From Limnochordia bacterium (GTDB lineage: Bacteria; Bacillota; Limnochordia; DUMW01): DNA of 64,000 nucleotides. The DNA is taken from assembly GCA_023230925.1 (NCBI GenBank), contig JALNWK010000012.1, forward strand, positions 2,709 through 66,708, in the 5' to 3' direction. Positions 45,772 to 56,867 of the stretch are shown here, piece by piece. The notes under the pieces are model-generated. The model was not told the origin of the DNA, did no database searches, and worked only from the letters and a program-made list of their open reading frames with translations. The translations under genes were made by a program, and so were the position numbers. Every line of letters begins with the position of its first letter. Position 1 is the first letter of the stretch.

Positions 45772-46613
45772 TACCAGATGATCACGACGATCCCCAATGT
45801 ACCTAGGGTCAGCCCGAGGGCAATCCAGTCAGCCCACTTGAATTCGAGCTGCTTAAACCGTGTCCTTCCCTCGCCTCCAACATACCCCCGTGCTTCCATG
45901 GCTACTGCCAAATCCTCCGCCCTACGGAAGGCGCTTACAAAAAGGGGAACTAGAACTGGTAGTAGGCTCTTCGCTCTTCTTACCAGATTCCCCTCGGTAA
46001 AGCTTGCACCCCGGGCCATTTGTGCTTTCATAATCTTCTCCGTCTCTTCCATAAGAGTCGGAATAAACCTGAGAGCGATAGTCATCATCATGGCCAGTTC
46101 ATGAGCTGGCAGACCAATGCGTTGACCTGGTGCCAAGAGCATTTCTAGACCATCAGTAAGTGCCAACGGAGATGTGGTTAGAGTCAGCAAGGAGGCACTA
46201 ATCACGAGTAAAATCAGTCGCGCAACCATTTCCGTCCCCCGTAGAATGCCTTCTTTAGTAACCGTCAAGGGCCCAAGGTGCCATAAAGCAGTTCCCTCAC
46301 TGAAAAACAAGTGCAAAACGAAGGTGAAAAGCATGATAAAAAGTACCGGTTTCAGGCCACGGATGATTCTGGATAAGGGAATACGAGCTAACATGATCAC
46401 CAACAAAAGGAGTCCAGCCACGCACAAGTAACCCCACAGGTTATTAATTAAGAACAAGCCAATGATGATCATCAGCATAGCACCAAGTTTGGCTCGCGGG
46501 TCTAACCGATGAATGATTGTCTCACCCGGGATATATTGTCCCAGGGTTATATTTCTAAAACTAAAAACCTCGCTAATCTCCATCACCACCGCCGCTGGCA
46601 CCAAAACTTCCAT
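45771..46613 (-). CDS. ecfT: ECF transporter transmembrane subunit EcfT
   Basis: LGQYIPGETIIHRLDPRAKL and the ARG motifs (MARGASF...MEARGY) are present, and the gene follows ecfA1-ecfA2. The start is uncertain (46613 or 46583). Confidence 0.9.
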   Translation of the reverse strand: MEVLVPAAVVMEISEVFSFRNITLGQYIPGETIIHRLDPRAKLGAMLMIIIGLFLINNLWGYLCVAGLLLLVIMLARIPLSRIIRGLKPVLFIMLFTFVLHLFFSEGTALWHLGPLTVTKEGILRGTEMVARLILLVISASLLTLTTSPLALTDGLEMLLAPGQRIGLPAHELAMMMTIALRFIPTLMEETEKIMKAQMARGASFTEGNLVRRAKSLLPVLVPLFVSAFRRAEDLAVAMEARGYVGGEGRTRFKQLEFKWADWIALGLTLGTLGIVVIIW

Positions 46614-47454
46614 CCAGTCCCTTTAGGATCTCCTGGGCACACTCTTCCGCCTGAAACACGCCACCATTAATGGGCCAACCAAGATTCTGCAATCGGTAGC
46701 TTAGATCCACAATCTGAGGAATATCTAGACCTAGACTTCGGATCTTTTCCCCCTGAGCAAAAACCTCAGCTGGGGTTCCTTCCATAGCAATTCGTCCTTC
46801 ATGGAGAACCACAAGTCTTGTGGCAAGCATACCCAGCTCCTCCATGTTATGGGATACGTACACTATACCAATGTCCCGGGTCTGATGCAATGTCTGAAGT
46901 AGTTTAAGTAATCCCCTGCGTCCGGCAGGATCAAGACCAGCGGTTGGTTCATCAAGGATGAGGTAGCTTGGCTCAGTGGCAAGAACACCGGCGATGGCCA
47001 CACGTCTTTTCTGGCCCCCACTCAATGCGAAGGGAGAACGATACCAAAGCTCGGGCTCTAGTCCCACCTGTTGTAAGGCGGTCTCCACCCTCTCTTTTAG
47101 CTGGGACTCATCCAGTCCTAAATTCCGAGGGCCAAAGGATACATCCGCGAAAACGGTCTCCTCGAAAAGCTGGTGCTCTGGGTACTGAAAGACCACACCG
47201 ACCATCTGCCGAATCTTCGTGAGACTCGTCCCCTTGGTCCATAGCCCTTGGCCGTCTACCTCCACAGAACCTGACGTAGGTTTTAATAGACCGTTGAAAT
47301 GCTGAATTAGCGTGGATTTGCCGGAGCCTGTTGGTCCTAGGATACCAAGGATTTCGCCCCGCTGGACTGTAAGGTTAATCTGGGACAAAGCTGGAACTGC
47401 CCGTTCACTACCTGCATCATAGACGTAATTGACATCTTTTAGCGATATTGACAT
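46573..47454 (-). CDS. ecfA2: ECF transporter ATPase EcfA2
   Basis: The protein is an ABC ATPase with Walker A GPTGSGKST, signature LSGGQKRR and Walker B LILDEPT. Confidence 0.92.
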   Translation of the reverse strand: MSISLKDVNYVYDAGSERAVPALSQINLTVQRGEILGILGPTGSGKSTLIQHFNGLLKPTSGSVEVDGQGLWTKGTSLTKIRQMVGVVFQYPEHQLFEETVFADVSFGPRNLGLDESQLKERVETALQQVGLEPELWYRSPFALSGGQKRRVAIAGVLATEPSYLILDEPTAGLDPAGRRGLLKLLQTLHQTRDIGIVYVSHNMEELGMLATRLVVLHEGRIAMEGTPAEVFAQGEKIRSLGLDIPQIVDLSYRLQNLGWPINGGVFQAEECAQEILKGLDGSFGASGGGDGD

Positions 47455-48284
47455 AGAGCGTTCACCATTTCTTCAACGTCGATTACATCACCCACTGAAA
47501 CACCCTTATGCCTCAATAAGTGCGATAGTTTAACTATTGGGGGCGAAGCCAGCCCACAACTATCTAGTAGTTCGGTGTCGTACAGGATCTTCCGGGGACA
47601 ATCATCTTTTCTGATCCTTCCTCGTTCCAACACGATGATCCGCTCGGCTCTCGCCGCCTCTTCCATGAAATGGGTGATGAGAATGATGGTAATTCCCTGT
47701 TGGTTAAGTTCCTCAATGATCCTCAATACATCGGAACGCCCACCCGGATCCAGCATCGCGGTAGGCTCATCCAAGACAAGACACCTCGGCCGCATGGCAA
47801 GAATCCCCGCGATGGCTATCCGCTGTTTCTGGCCTCCGGAAAGCTCATGAAGTAGACGATGCCGGTAATCTAGCATTCCCACAGCCTGCAGACTCTCTTC
47901 GATCCGTCTTCCGATCTCCTCTGGCGGTACCCCAAGGTTTTCTGGACCAAAGGCGATATCCTCTTCCACCGTTGAGGCAATGAGCTGGTTCTCGGGGTTT
48001 TGGAACACCATGCCCACAGTGGAACGAATTTCCCGAATCGCCTCAGGATCCTTCGTTGAACGTCCATTGATCAGGACTTCCCCCTCGGCGGGAATAAGAA
48101 GTGCGTTTAGATGACGGGCAAGGGTTGATTTTCCAGAACCATTAGAACCAATGATAGCTACATATTCACCGACGTCAATGTTAAGACTCAAATCATCCAA
48201 GACAGGAGTAAATCCAACACTGACATCGGCATGCTCTTCATAAGCATATGTAACATGCGATACAGTGATAAAATGGTTCGTGAT
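47439..48284 (-). CDS. ecfA1: ECF transporter ATPase EcfA1 (apparent non-canonical ATC start)
   Basis: The protein has Walker A GSNGSGKST, signature LSGGQKQR and Walker B LVLDEPT. Conserved N-terminal sequence (FITVSHVTYAYEE...) continues upstream of the ORF-track TTG (48200) to an in-frame stop at 48285-48287, with no ATG, GTG or TTG in between. The ATC at 48284 has AAGGAG 9 nt upstream. Confidence 0.85.
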   Translation of the reverse strand: MTNHFITVSHVTYAYEEHADVSVGFTPVLDDLSLNIDVGEYVAIIGSNGSGKSTLARHLNALLIPAEGEVLINGRSTKDPEAIREIRSTVGMVFQNPENQLIASTVEEDIAFGPENLGVPPEEIGRRIEESLQAVGMLDYRHRLLHELSGGQKQRIAIAGILAMRPRCLVLDEPTAMLDPGGRSDVLRIIEELNQQGITIILITHFMEEAARAERIIVLERGRIRKDDCPRKILYDTELLDSCGLASPPIVKLSHLLRHKGVSVGDVIDVEEMVNALCQYR

Positions 48285-48312
48285 TTAGATCCACTCCTTG
48301 AAGGTAGAGAAC

Positions 48313-48330
48313 GCAGAGGTGTCCCTCTGC
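48313..48330 (-). terminator. Hairpin after rplQ (weak terminator or processing site)
   Basis: GCAGAGG-gaca-CCTCTGC on the minus strand, followed by GTTCTCT (a poor U-tract). Confidence 0.3.
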
Positions 48331-48362
48331 GGCTCTTTCCCTTTTAATATGCGGTTAGAAGC

Positions 48363-48707
48363 TTAAGCCTCTACAAACTCAATTATCGCCAATTCGGCAG
48401 CATCGCCCCGTCTTCGACTGGTTTTCACAATCCGGGTATAACCACCCTGTCTGTCAGCAAATCTGGGGGCTATCTCATCAAACAAAAGACCTACCGCCTT
48501 GGGGTTTTGTAAGAAAGACGCAGCCTGTCGTCTAGCACTCAAATCACCGCGCTTACCCAAGGTGATCATTTCTTCAATAAAGGGTTGAACCGCCTTGGCT
48601 TTCGTATGGGTCGTTTCCACCCGTTCATGCAAAATCACCGCTACAGCAAGACTACGAAACAACGCCTTGCGATGGCTACTCGTGCGTCCTAGTTTTCCTG
48701 TTCGCAC
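48363..48707 (-). CDS. rplQ: 50S ribosomal protein L17
   Basis: [29 protein letters not shown] is the L17 signature. The GTG start has GGAGGTGG upstream. Confidence 0.96.
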   Translation of the reverse strand: MRTGKLGRTSSHRKALFRSLAVAVILHERVETTHTKAKAVQPFIEEMITLGKRGDLSARRQAASFLQNPKAVGLLFDEIAPRFADRQGGYTRIVKTSRRRGDAAELAIIEFVEA

Positions 48708-48723
48708 GTCAGTCCACCTCCAA

Positions 48724-49665
48724 TCATTCCTCCGAGGACCGTAAGGATAAACCTGCCTTTTTCAGCTTATCTTTGATTTCCTGCAAAGACTTCTTTCCAA
48801 GATTTCGGACCTTCATAATATCGTCTTCATCCTTACGGACCAGTTCACCTATAGTATTAATACCTGCTCGTTTCAGGCAGTTGTAGGATCGAACTGATAG
48901 CTCCAGTTCTTCTATCGGTAGCTCTAACAGACGACTCTTTTCATCATCTTCCCGCTCAACCATAATCTCCATCTCATCGGGCTGATCAGTAAGGCCCATA
49001 AACAGCTGCATATGCTCCACTACGATCTTGGCTGCTAAACCTACTGCATCCTCCGGGGTTAAGCTACCATTGGTACTTACTTCAAGCACCAATCGGTCGT
49101 AGTCTGTAACCTGACCCACCCTCGTGTGCTCCACGGTATAGTTCACCCTGGATACTGGGGAAAAAATGGAGTCAATGGGGATCACACCGATAGGCTGACC
49201 TTCCTTTTTGTTCTTATCTGCGCTGCGATAGCCTCTGCCTTTTTCAATGGTAAGCTCACAAGTTAGCTCGCCCTCATCGTCAAGGGTGGCAATATGCAGT
49301 TCTGGGTTTAGGATCTCCACATCACTACCTACAATGATGTCCCCAGCGGTAACTTCCGCCTGCCCCTTAACATCAATGCGTGCCGTCACTGGACCATCGG
49401 TGTGCAGCTTCACCAAAACCTGTTTCATATTTAGGACAATATCCGTAACGTCCTCGCGCACACCAGGAATAGTGGAAAACTCATGGAGCACACCATCTAG
49501 CTTAATAGAGGTCACTGCTGCCCCAGGTAAGGAAGATAGTAAAATGCGTCGCAGAGAATTCCCCAGGGTGATCCCATAGCCGCGCTCTAAGGGTTCGACC
49601 GAGAATTTCGCGTAATTGCCGTTTCCTTCTAGCTTTTCGATCTTGGGCTTTTCGATTTCAATCAT
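48724..49665 (-). CDS. rpoA: DNA-directed RNA polymerase alpha subunit
   Basis: [10 protein letters not shown]...[22 protein letters not shown] is the RpoA signature. The ATG at 49665 has AAGGAGGGGG upstream. Confidence 0.97.
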   Translation of the reverse strand: MIEIEKPKIEKLEGNGNYAKFSVEPLERGYGITLGNSLRRILLSSLPGAAVTSIKLDGVLHEFSTIPGVREDVTDIVLNMKQVLVKLHTDGPVTARIDVKGQAEVTAGDIIVGSDVEILNPELHIATLDDEGELTCELTIEKGRGYRSADKNKKEGQPIGVIPIDSIFSPVSRVNYTVEHTRVGQVTDYDRLVLEVSTNGSLTPEDAVGLAAKIVVEHMQLFMGLTDQPDEMEIMVEREDDEKSRLLELPIEELELSVRSYNCLKRAGINTIGELVRKDEDDIMKVRNLGKKSLQEIKDKLKKAGLSLRSSEE

Positions 49666-49741
49666 TAATACATCCCCCTCCTTCGGGCTGTACACCGCCA
49701 CGGCTCACAACCTGGCCCTGCAATACGTTTTCTCTCGACAC

Positions 49742-50368
49742 CTATCGCGAATAGTACTCAACAATCAGGTGCTCCTGAATCGGAACATCAATTTGCTCCC
49801 GGGTGGGGATAGCCAATACTCTGCCTTCCATGTTATCAGCATCCAGCTCTAACCATTGAGCTAGTCCCCGGTCCGCGGCTGCTTCAATATTGCTCCGAAT
49901 GAGATCCTTATCTTTGCTCTTCTCGTGTACTGCAACCACATCGTTGGCCTTTAACTGATAAGATGGTATATTGACTTTCTTCCCATTAACCGTGAAGTGC
50001 CCATGCCTCACTAGTTGTCTTGCCTGGCTCCTTGAATCACCAAATCCTAATCGGTATACCACATTATCAAATCTTAATTCAAGAAGCTGGAGCAAGTTTT
50101 CTCCGGTAATTCCGCGACCGCGGGATGCTTCATCATAGTACCTCTCAAACTGCCGCTCGAGGATACCATAGATACGACGGCACTTCTGTTTTTCCCGCAA
50201 GTGCAGTCCGTATTCGGTAACCTTCCTAGGATTACGACCATGCTGTCCCGGTGCATAGCTACGACGCTCTATACTGCACTTTGTAGTATAGCAACGGTCG
50301 CCTTTTAAGAATAACTTCTCGCCCTCACGTCGGCACAGCCGACAAACGGGTCCTGTGTATCTTGCCAT
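49742..50368 (-). CDS. rpsD: 30S ribosomal protein S4
   Basis: [26 protein letters not shown] is the S4 N-terminus. The upstream ORF extension is rejected. Confidence 0.96.
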   Translation of the reverse strand: MARYTGPVCRLCRREGEKLFLKGDRCYTTKCSIERRSYAPGQHGRNPRKVTEYGLHLREKQKCRRIYGILERQFERYYDEASRGRGITGENLLQLLELRFDNVVYRLGFGDSRSQARQLVRHGHFTVNGKKVNIPSYQLKANDVVAVHEKSKDKDLIRSNIEAAADRGLAQWLELDADNMEGRVLAIPTREQIDVPIQEHLIVEYYSR

Positions 50369-50399
50369 TAGTCTAAAACGCACCTCCTGCTTGTTTGCG

Positions 50400-50795
50400 T
50401 TAAACCCTTCTCCGTTTAGGTGGACGACACCCATTATGGGGAATTGGTGTTACGTCCTTAATCACTGTGATCTCAAGACCTGTAGCTTGTAACTGCCGAA
50501 TAGCAGCTTCTCTGCCAGCCCCCGGTCCTTTGACATAGACTTCGACTTCACGTAGACCATGTTCCATGGCTGCTTTAGCCGCGGATTCCGCAGCCATACC
50601 TGCTGCAAAGGGTGTGCCCTTACGGGACCCCTTAAAGCCAACATTCCCCGACGTGGCCCATGAAATCACGTTTCCTTCCGGATCGGAAATTGTAACAATG
50701 GTATTGTTAAAAGTTGAACGGATATGTGCAACTCCTCGCACCACATTTTTCCGTTCTCTGCGCCTAGTCCTTCGTACCTTCTTCGCTTTAGCCAT
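50400..50795 (-). CDS. rpsK: 30S ribosomal protein S11
   Basis: [30 protein letters not shown] is the S11 signature. The second ATG is preferred on SD spacing. Confidence 0.96.
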   Translation of the reverse strand: MAKAKKVRRTRRRERKNVVRGVAHIRSTFNNTIVTISDPEGNVISWATSGNVGFKGSRKGTPFAAGMAAESAAKAAMEHGLREVEVYVKGPGAGREAAIRQLQATGLEITVIKDVTPIPHNGCRPPKRRRV

Positions 50796-50828
50796 CTGCA
50801 TTCCCCTCCTTTACGACCTTCCGGCTAC

Positions 50829-51224
50829 TTACTGCTTCTGACTTACTCCTTCTGACCTAGTCCTTCTGATGCCAACCGTCCGCTTGGGACCCTTGCGCGT
50901 ACGCGCGTTGGTACGTGTTCTTTGTCCCCGTAATGGTAAGCCTCTTCGGTGCCGGTGACCGCGATAACAACCGATGTCCACCAGCCGCTTGATATTCATG
51001 TTAACTTCCCGTCTTAGATCCCCTTCGACAAGAACCTCATTGTTAATAAGCTCTCTGAGTTTGGCTACCTCTTCCTCAGTTAAGTCTCGTACCCGGGTAT
51101 CAAAATCTATACCTGCTTTAGTCAAAAGCTGTTGAGACGTACTTCTCCCAATCCCATAAATATACGTTAGACCTACTTCAACTCGCTTGTCCCTAGGTAG
51201 GTCTACGCCTGCAATACGTGCCAT
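50829..51224 (-). CDS. rpsM: 30S ribosomal protein S13
   Basis: [26 protein letters not shown] is the S13 signature. Confidence 0.96.
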   Translation of the reverse strand: MARIAGVDLPRDKRVEVGLTYIYGIGRSTSQQLLTKAGIDFDTRVRDLTEEEVAKLRELINNEVLVEGDLRREVNMNIKRLVDIGCYRGHRHRRGLPLRGQRTRTNARTRKGPKRTVGIRRTRSEGVSQKQ

Positions 51225-51250
51225 ACACATTCACCTCCTACTAACTAATC

Positions 51251-51364
51251 CTAGCCTTGCCTTTGCTTGTGCTTGGGATTCTCACAGATTACTCGAATCC
51301 TTCCCTTGCGCTTAATAATCTTGCATTTCTCGCATATAGGTTTTACAGATGCACGTACTTTCAT
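51251..51364 (-). CDS. rpmJ: 50S ribosomal protein L36 (not in the ORF track because it is only 37 aa)
   Basis: Hand translation of the minus strand gives [37 protein letters not shown] followed by a stop. The gene lies in the canonical position between infA and rpsM. Confidence 0.95.
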   Translation of the reverse strand: MKVRASVKPICEKCKIIKRKGRIRVICENPKHKQRQG

Positions 51365-51389
51365 GTTCATCCCTCCATTTCCGGCAATC

Positions 51390-51611
51390 CTATGACTTGG
51401 TGCGGTACACTATGCGACCTCGAGTAAGATCATAAGGACTCAATTCAACGGTGACCTTATCCCCCGGTAGAATCTTAATGAAGTGCATCCGCATCTTGCC
51501 AGAAATATGGGCAAGAACTTTATGCCCATTATCCAATTCCACTCGAAACATCGCATTAGGCAAGGGTTCGATCACCGTTCCAACAACTTCTATCGTATCT
51601 TCCTTACTCAT
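51390..51611 (-). CDS. infA: Translation initiation factor IF-1
   Basis: [41 protein letters not shown] is the IF-1 signature. Confidence 0.97.
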   Translation of the reverse strand: MSKEDTIEVVGTVIEPLPNAMFRVELDNGHKVLAHISGKMRMHFIKILPGDKVTVELSPYDLTRGRIVYRTKS

Positions 51612-51901
51612 TAATTGCTCGCCTCCTCTTGCCCTGCTTTTAAATAATCTATAACCTCAGCGATCTCAGCGTCCGTGACCTTCGAACGATCTTGTGCCAG
51701 CTTCTCCGCCAATCCTGTATCCACATGTCGATGGATCCTAACATGCCTAAGGTTCTTCCTTTTTGGATTCCCCACTAAACGCATACTCCCATCGGCTACC
51801 TCCACGAAATGCTCGTCTACCACACCAACCACAACAAAGTACCGCTCCCGATCCCTACCTGCTGTTGACGTGACAAGTTGACCCAGACGCACCGTCTGCA
51901 T
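51611..51901 (-). CDS. KOW-domain RNA-binding protein (map-infA spacer gene)
   Basis: This is a small protein with a KOW-like motif ([21 protein letters not shown]) between map and infA, as seen in Clostridia-type clusters. The start is at ATG 51901. Confidence 0.75.
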   Translation of the reverse strand: MQTVRLGQLVTSTAGRDRERYFVVVGVVDEHFVEVADGSMRLVGNPKRKNLRHVRIHRHVDTGLAEKLAQDRSKVTDAEIAEVIDYLKAGQEEASN

Positions 51902-51925
51902 CGGCTTCACTCCCACCAGCACCTC

Positions 51926-52672
51926 TTAAAGAATCGTTAGAACTTCAACACCATCTTCAAGGATCGCAACCGTATCCTCAAAGTGGGCGCAGAGACTTCC
52001 ATCCAAAGTAACAACCGTCCAATCATCCTCTAGGACTCGGACTCTGTAATCTCCGGCCGTAACCATCGGCTCAATCGCTAGTACCAGTCCGGGTTTTAGG
52101 CGTGGTCCCCTATTAGGCAACCCAAAGTTAGGCACCTGGGGATCCTCATGCATTTGTGAGCCGATTCCATGGCCCACAAAATCCCGAACGACTCCAAATC
52201 CGGCTGTTTCAGCAAAGGATTGCACCGCGTGGGAAATGTCCCCCAACCTTCCACCTGGTGCTGCCGCTTCAATCCCCGCTTGAAGCGCACCTGCCGTGAT
52301 TTCAATCAGACGCTGTGCTTCCATGGAGCTCTCCCCCACACCATGGGTACGCGTTGCATCTCCGTGAAAGCCATCGATATATGCTCCGATGTCAACACTG
52401 ATAATGTCCCCTTCTTGCAGGATGCGATCGCCAGGAATACCATGCACCACTTCTTCGTTAATCGACGTACAGATGCTCTTGGGATAGCCTCGGTAACCTT
52501 TGAATGATGGAGTCGCACCACAACTCATAAGATAATCCTCGGCTAGCTGGTCGAGCTTTAGCGTCGAAATCCCGGGCTGAATAGCTTCCGCCAGTTTGGC
52601 ATGAACTTCCGCCACAATCCGGCCAGCTTTGCGCATTGAGTTAAGAGCCCGGTCCGACTTAAGCACTATCAT
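51926..52672 (-). CDS. map: Type I methionine aminopeptidase
   Basis: The metal-ligand motifs VVHGIPG...DIGAYIDGFHGD...GHGIG...LAIEPM are present. Confidence 0.95.
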   Translation of the reverse strand: MIVLKSDRALNSMRKAGRIVAEVHAKLAEAIQPGISTLKLDQLAEDYLMSCGATPSFKGYRGYPKSICTSINEEVVHGIPGDRILQEGDIISVDIGAYIDGFHGDATRTHGVGESSMEAQRLIEITAGALQAGIEAAAPGGRLGDISHAVQSFAETAGFGVVRDFVGHGIGSQMHEDPQVPNFGLPNRGPRLKPGLVLAIEPMVTAGDYRVRVLEDDWTVVTLDGSLCAHFEDTVAILEDGVEVLTIL

Positions 52673-52686
52673 TTAATCATCCACCT

Positions 52687-53343
52687 TTAGCAACACCTAT
52701 GGCACCTTTTGAGGTCATCAAGGACTCTGCTAATTTGTGCAAACACCTGATCAACCTCTTGCTGCCCTTCTATATTACACAACTTATGCTGCGTAGTATA
52801 GTACTCCACCAACGGCAATGTCTGTTCATAGTATACTGCTAAGCGCTTGCGCGCTGTCTCTTCATTGTCGTCGCTACGTCGAACCAACTTGCCTTGACAT
52901 GCTTGGCAGTGGGCAAGTTCCGGTGAAACCTGATAAGTCGCACCACAATCCTCACAAACCAACCTTCCGCTAATCCTCCGGACCACTTCGTCTTCGTCGA
53001 TCCGAATGTTGAGCACAACATCAAGGCACGTACCTAGTTCAGCTAAGACGCCATCAAGCGCCTCGGCTTGTGCGACCGTCCGCGGGTATCCATCCAAGAC
53101 AAAACCCGGCAGGCAGTCTGGACTCTCCAATCTGTGTTTAACCACGGCTACCGCGATTGCATCAGGAACCAACCGTCCTTCATTGATATGCTTCTGCGCT
53201 TCCCGACCAAGGGCGGTTTGTCCTTCAATTTCCGCTCGGAACATTTCACCCGTGGAAATATGCGGTATCCCGTACCGGTGAGACATAAGCCGCGCCTGGG
53301 TCCCCTTCCCGGCAGCCGGCATACCGAGTAAGACAATTCTCAC
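52687..53343 (-). CDS. adk: Adenylate kinase (Zn-lid type)
   Basis: The P-loop is GMPAAGKGTQ and the lid cysteines are CEDCG...CQACQG. The GTG start at 53343 has GAGGGGG upstream. Confidence 0.95.
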   Translation of the reverse strand: MRIVLLGMPAAGKGTQARLMSHRYGIPHISTGEMFRAEIEGQTALGREAQKHINEGRLVPDAIAVAVVKHRLESPDCLPGFVLDGYPRTVAQAEALDGVLAELGTCLDVVLNIRIDEDEVVRRISGRLVCEDCGATYQVSPELAHCQACQGKLVRRSDDNEETARKRLAVYYEQTLPLVEYYTTQHKLCNIEGQQEVDQVFAQISRVLDDLKRCHRCC

Positions 53344-53387
53344 CTTACTGGCCCCCTCTACCCACAACAAAGGAATCATTGCTTCCT

Positions 53388-54656
53388 TTAGGACATGAAT
53401 CCTTCGTAATGCCTCATTACTAAATGGGCTTCTATCTGTTTCATCGTATCAAGTGCAACACCCACAAGAATTAGTAAGCCCGTGCCGCCGAAATAAAACA
53501 GATTCATCGGCACTCGGGTGATACTAGCCATCAAGTAGGGCGATACAGCAATCAAAGCTAAAAAGATGGCCCCAACTAACGTGATCCGGGTCAGTACCTT
53601 TTCCAGATACTGCGTTGTTGGTTTACCAGGTCGTAGGCCCGGAATAAATCCACCGTGTTTTTTCATGTTATCTGCAATATCCTTCGGATCAAACGTCACT
53701 GCCGTATAGAAATACGTAAAGAAGATCGTCAAGACCACATACAGAATATTGTATCCTACAGTGCCGACGCCAAGCCAACGCTCTATCCCTGAAATCGCCG
53801 GGATAAACTGAGCAAGCGTTAATGGGAAGGTCAATACCGAAGAAGCGAAAATGACCGGCATGACTCCCGCCTGATTGACACGAAGTGGAATATACGTGCT
53901 TTGCCCACCGTATACTCTTCGGCCCACAACCCGTTTAGCATACTGTACCGGAATTCGTCGTTGCCCTTCCTGAATCAGGATTACACCACCGATAACCACT
54001 ACGGCAAGAATCATAAACACAATAAAGCTAAGTGGATTCAACCCACCCTCACCGACGGAACGAATGGTAAGGTAAGTTGATGCTGGCAACCTCGCCACAA
54101 TTCCAGTGAAAATGATTAACGAGACTCCATTTCCTAGACCGTTCTCGCTAATCTTCTCACCAAGCCACATCAGAAATACCGTTCCAGCCGTTAGTGTGGT
54201 AACAATAAGCGCTACCCCGCCGAAACTTGGGAATTTGAGTACTCCGTAGTTCCGAGCAAGCATCGTGGTACCAAACGATTGTACTATCCCAAGCACAACG
54301 GTCCCGTAACGCGTATAGTTCTGCAATTTCCGTCTTCCCTCAGGACCTTCCTTCGCTAAGGCTTCCAGACTAGGAATCACCACAGTTAGCAACTGCAAAA
54401 TAATGGACGCGGTAATATAAGGGCCGACCCCCATCGCAAATACGCTAAAACGACTAAGAGCACCCCCGGCGAACATATCTAGAAAGCCGAAAATTCCGCC
54501 TCCCTCGATGTTAAGTCCTTCGGCTAATGCCCGGGCGTCTACCCCGGGAACGGGTACGTGAGTACCAACCCGAAATACCAACAGCAACGCTAGGGTATAG
54601 AATATCTTTCGCCTCAGATCCGGAATCTTAAAAGCATTACTTAGGGCCGCTAGCAT
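53388..54656 (-). CDS. secY: Preprotein translocase subunit SecY
   Basis: The product is a 422-aa polytopic protein with the N-terminus PDLRRKIFYTLALLLVFRVGTHVPVPG. Confidence 0.97.
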   Translation of the reverse strand: MLAALSNAFKIPDLRRKIFYTLALLLVFRVGTHVPVPGVDARALAEGLNIEGGGIFGFLDMFAGGALSRFSVFAMGVGPYITASIILQLLTVVIPSLEALAKEGPEGRRKLQNYTRYGTVVLGIVQSFGTTMLARNYGVLKFPSFGGVALIVTTLTAGTVFLMWLGEKISENGLGNGVSLIIFTGIVARLPASTYLTIRSVGEGGLNPLSFIVFMILAVVVIGGVILIQEGQRRIPVQYAKRVVGRRVYGGQSTYIPLRVNQAGVMPVIFASSVLTFPLTLAQFIPAISGIERWLGVGTVGYNILYVVLTIFFTYFYTAVTFDPKDIADNMKKHGGFIPGLRPGKPTTQYLEKVLTRITLVGAIFLALIAVSPYLMASITRVPMNLFYFGGTGLLILVGVALDTMKQIEAHLVMRHYEGFMS

Positions 54657-55097
54657 TTAAATCACCTGCGCCTTTCCACCAGCCGCTTCGATCTTCTCTA
54701 CTGCGCTCTTGGAGAAGCGATGTGCCTTCACCACGAAGGGCTTGGTGACCTCTCCCCGGCCTAACACCTTTACGCCATCACCGATTTTACTAATCACACC
54801 AGCTTCCACAAGCAGCTCCGGTGTAACCTCTGTGTTAGCATCAAACGCATCCAGTCGATCCAAGTTGACTACGGTGTACTCCGTGCCAAAAATATTTGTA
54901 AATCCTCGCTTAGGTAGCCGACGCTGTAAAGGCATCTGGCCCCCCTCAAACCCGGGCTTCGTTCCCGAGCCTGATCTTGATCTTTGCCCCTTGTGACCGC
55001 GAGTTGCGGTCTTTCCATGGCCAGAGCCGATGCCTCGACCTACCCGTTTAGCTTTTTGTCTCGCCCCTGGGTTCGGTTTCAGATCATGAATCTGCAC
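54657..55097 (-). CDS. rplO: 50S ribosomal protein L15
   Basis: (M)[29 protein letters not shown] is the L15 signature. The GTG at 55097 lies 8 nt after GGAGG. Confidence 0.95.
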   Translation of the reverse strand: MQIHDLKPNPGARQKAKRVGRGIGSGHGKTATRGHKGQRSRSGSGTKPGFEGGQMPLQRRLPKRGFTNIFGTEYTVVNLDRLDAFDANTEVTPELLVEAGVISKIGDGVKVLGRGEVTKPFVVKAHRFSKSAVEKIEAAGGKAQVI

Positions 55098-55132
55098 AAG
55101 CTGCACCTCCTCGTACATGTAACTATCTTCAA

Positions 55133-55315
55133 CTACTCTTCTATTATCTCAACCAAATGTCCTACCTTTGTCAGCATGCCGCGCACAGCTGGATTATCTG
55201 GTTTGGTAACCGTCATCCCCAGCTTACGCAGCCCCAAAGCTTCTAGGGTAGCCTTCAGGTCCTTGTTCCTTCCTGCCCCACTCTTTACTAGAGTAATCCT
55301 CAGTTCCTTGCTCAT
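55133..55315 (-). CDS. rpmD: 50S ribosomal protein L30
   Basis: The product is 60 aa with [27 protein letters not shown]. Confidence 0.95.
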   Translation of the reverse strand: MSKELRITLVKSGAGRNKDLKATLEALGLRKLGMTVTKPDNPAVRGMLTKVGHLVEIIEE

Positions 55316-55348
55316 CGGAAACCGCTACCTCCCATCCAATTTTCCTAT

Positions 55349-55864
55349 CTACTCGCTGACTAACGAGGAAATCTCGGCCACACTCTTACCTCTGATCCTG
55401 GCAACGTCCTCGGCAGTTCGTAGATTCTTGAGGGCTTCCATGGTAGCGTTAACCACGTTCACCGAGTTACTCGACCCAAGAGACTTGGTGAGAATATCAC
55501 GGATACCAGCCGCCTCAAGTACGGCACGCACAGGCCCACCAGCAATTACCCCTGTTCCTTCCGCTGCTGGTTTCAGCAACACACATGCTCCTGAGTATCG
55601 CTGCACAATTTCATGGGGTATGGTAGTACCAACAATGGGTACCTCAATCATATTCTTTTTAGCTTTGTCTACGCCTTTGCGAATTGCCATCGATACTTCC
55701 TTGGACTTACCCATGGCAGCTCCAACCCGGCCCTTACCATCGCCAACAACAACTAAAGCATTAAATCTCCGGTTTCGACCACCTTTTACCGTCTTAGAAA
55801 CCGGATTGATCGATACCACGCGTTCCTCTAAATCTGCCATTTCCACATTATTACGCTTCCGCAT
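55349..55864 (-). CDS. rpsE: 30S ribosomal protein S5
   Basis: [33 protein letters not shown] is the S5 signature. Confidence 0.96.
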   Translation of the reverse strand: MRKRNNVEMADLEERVVSINPVSKTVKGGRNRRFNALVVVGDGKGRVGAAMGKSKEVSMAIRKGVDKAKKNMIEVPIVGTTIPHEIVQRYSGACVLLKPAAEGTGVIAGGPVRAVLEAAGIRDILTKSLGSSNSVNVVNATMEALKNLRTAEDVARIRGKSVAEISSLVSE

Positions 55865-55890
55865 TCACTAGCCTCCTTTCCCCTTCGATA

Positions 55891-56253
55891 CTAAAATTCC
55901 AATCCCTCAGACCGCGCTGCATCAGCAAGGCTGGCTATCACACCGTGATATTTGTAGCCTGCCCGATCAAAGACCACCTTGGAGATCCCCTTCTCCTGAG
56001 CCCGCTTGGCCACAAGCTTGCCGACCATCTCAGCCTGTTCCTTCCTGCAACCGGACTGACTTGCACGCAGTTCAGGATCCAAGCTTGAAGCAGCAGCTAG
56101 CGTCTGCTGGTTAACATCATCTATCACTTGGGCATAGACATGTTTAAGACTCCTAAATACAACCAGCCGAGGTCTTTCGGGAGTTCCAGACACTTTCTTA
56201 CGCACCCGCGCGTGGCGGCGATTCTTAGCTTGCACCTTCTTGCTGGTAGACAC
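55891..56253 (-). CDS. rplR: 50S ribosomal protein L18
   Basis: [32 protein letters not shown] is the L18 signature. The GTG at 56253 lies 6 nt after GAGAGGTG. Alternative starts lie at 56271 and 56280. Confidence 0.94.
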   Translation of the reverse strand: MSTSKKVQAKNRRHARVRKKVSGTPERPRLVVFRSLKHVYAQVIDDVNQQTLAAASSLDPELRASQSGCRKEQAEMVGKLVAKRAQEKGISKVVFDRAGYKYHGVIASLADAARSEGLEF

Positions 56254-56306
56254 CTTCTTCACCTCTCTCATATCACACACACAAACATCGTACCGCTCTG
56301 GCCCAC

Positions 56307-56846
56307 TTATATTCGGCCGGCCTTTCCGGCCTTACGGCGCACATATTCGTTGGCATATCGAATACCTTTGCCCAGATAGGGTTCCGGCGGTCTAATCGCC
56401 CGAATGTTCGCAGCAGTCTGTCCTACCAATTCCTTATCAATGCCGCGCACAACAATCTGGGTCGGTTTTGGCACATCAAACTCTATCCCGTCCTCGGGCG
56501 TAATTTGCACAGGATGGGAATAGCCAACTGCAAGGTTAATCTCTGACCCTTGCTTCGTCGCTCGATATCCCACACCTACAATTTCTAGCTGCTTTTCATA
56601 ACCTTTAGTTACTCCCTCGACCATGTTGGCGATAAGAGTCCGGGTTAACCCGTGCAAAGCTTTGTGTTCCTTTTCATCACTCGGGCGTTCTACTTGAATA
56701 TGGCCATCTTCAACAGTAACCACCATATCCTGATGCATTTCCTTCTCTAAGGTTCCCTTAGGACCCTTAACAGTAACCCGTTGTCCGTCTACTGAAACCG
56801 ACACACCCGCAGGGATCTGAATTGGTTGTTTACCGATCCTTGACAT
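56307..56846 (-). CDS. rplF: 50S ribosomal protein L6
   Basis: [31 protein letters not shown] is the L6 signature. Confidence 0.96.
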   Translation of the reverse strand: MSRIGKQPIQIPAGVSVSVDGQRVTVKGPKGTLEKEMHQDMVVTVEDGHIQVERPSDEKEHKALHGLTRTLIANMVEGVTKGYEKQLEIVGVGYRATKQGSEINLAVGYSHPVQITPEDGIEFDVPKPTQIVVRGIDKELVGQTAANIRAIRPPEPYLGKGIRYANEYVRRKAGKAGRI

Positions 56847-56867
56847 CGCAGCAATTCACCCCACTTT

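Noticed and set aside
54984-55871. A long antisense ORF (295 aa, plus strand) lies across rplO, rpmD and rpsE. Similar shadow ORFs lie at 40044-40841, 19849-20436, 62298-62903 and 17640-18032.
   Set aside because: The opposite strand encodes highly recognisable conserved proteins. The shadow ORFs have low-complexity, Ser/Pro/Arg-rich translations and no SD.
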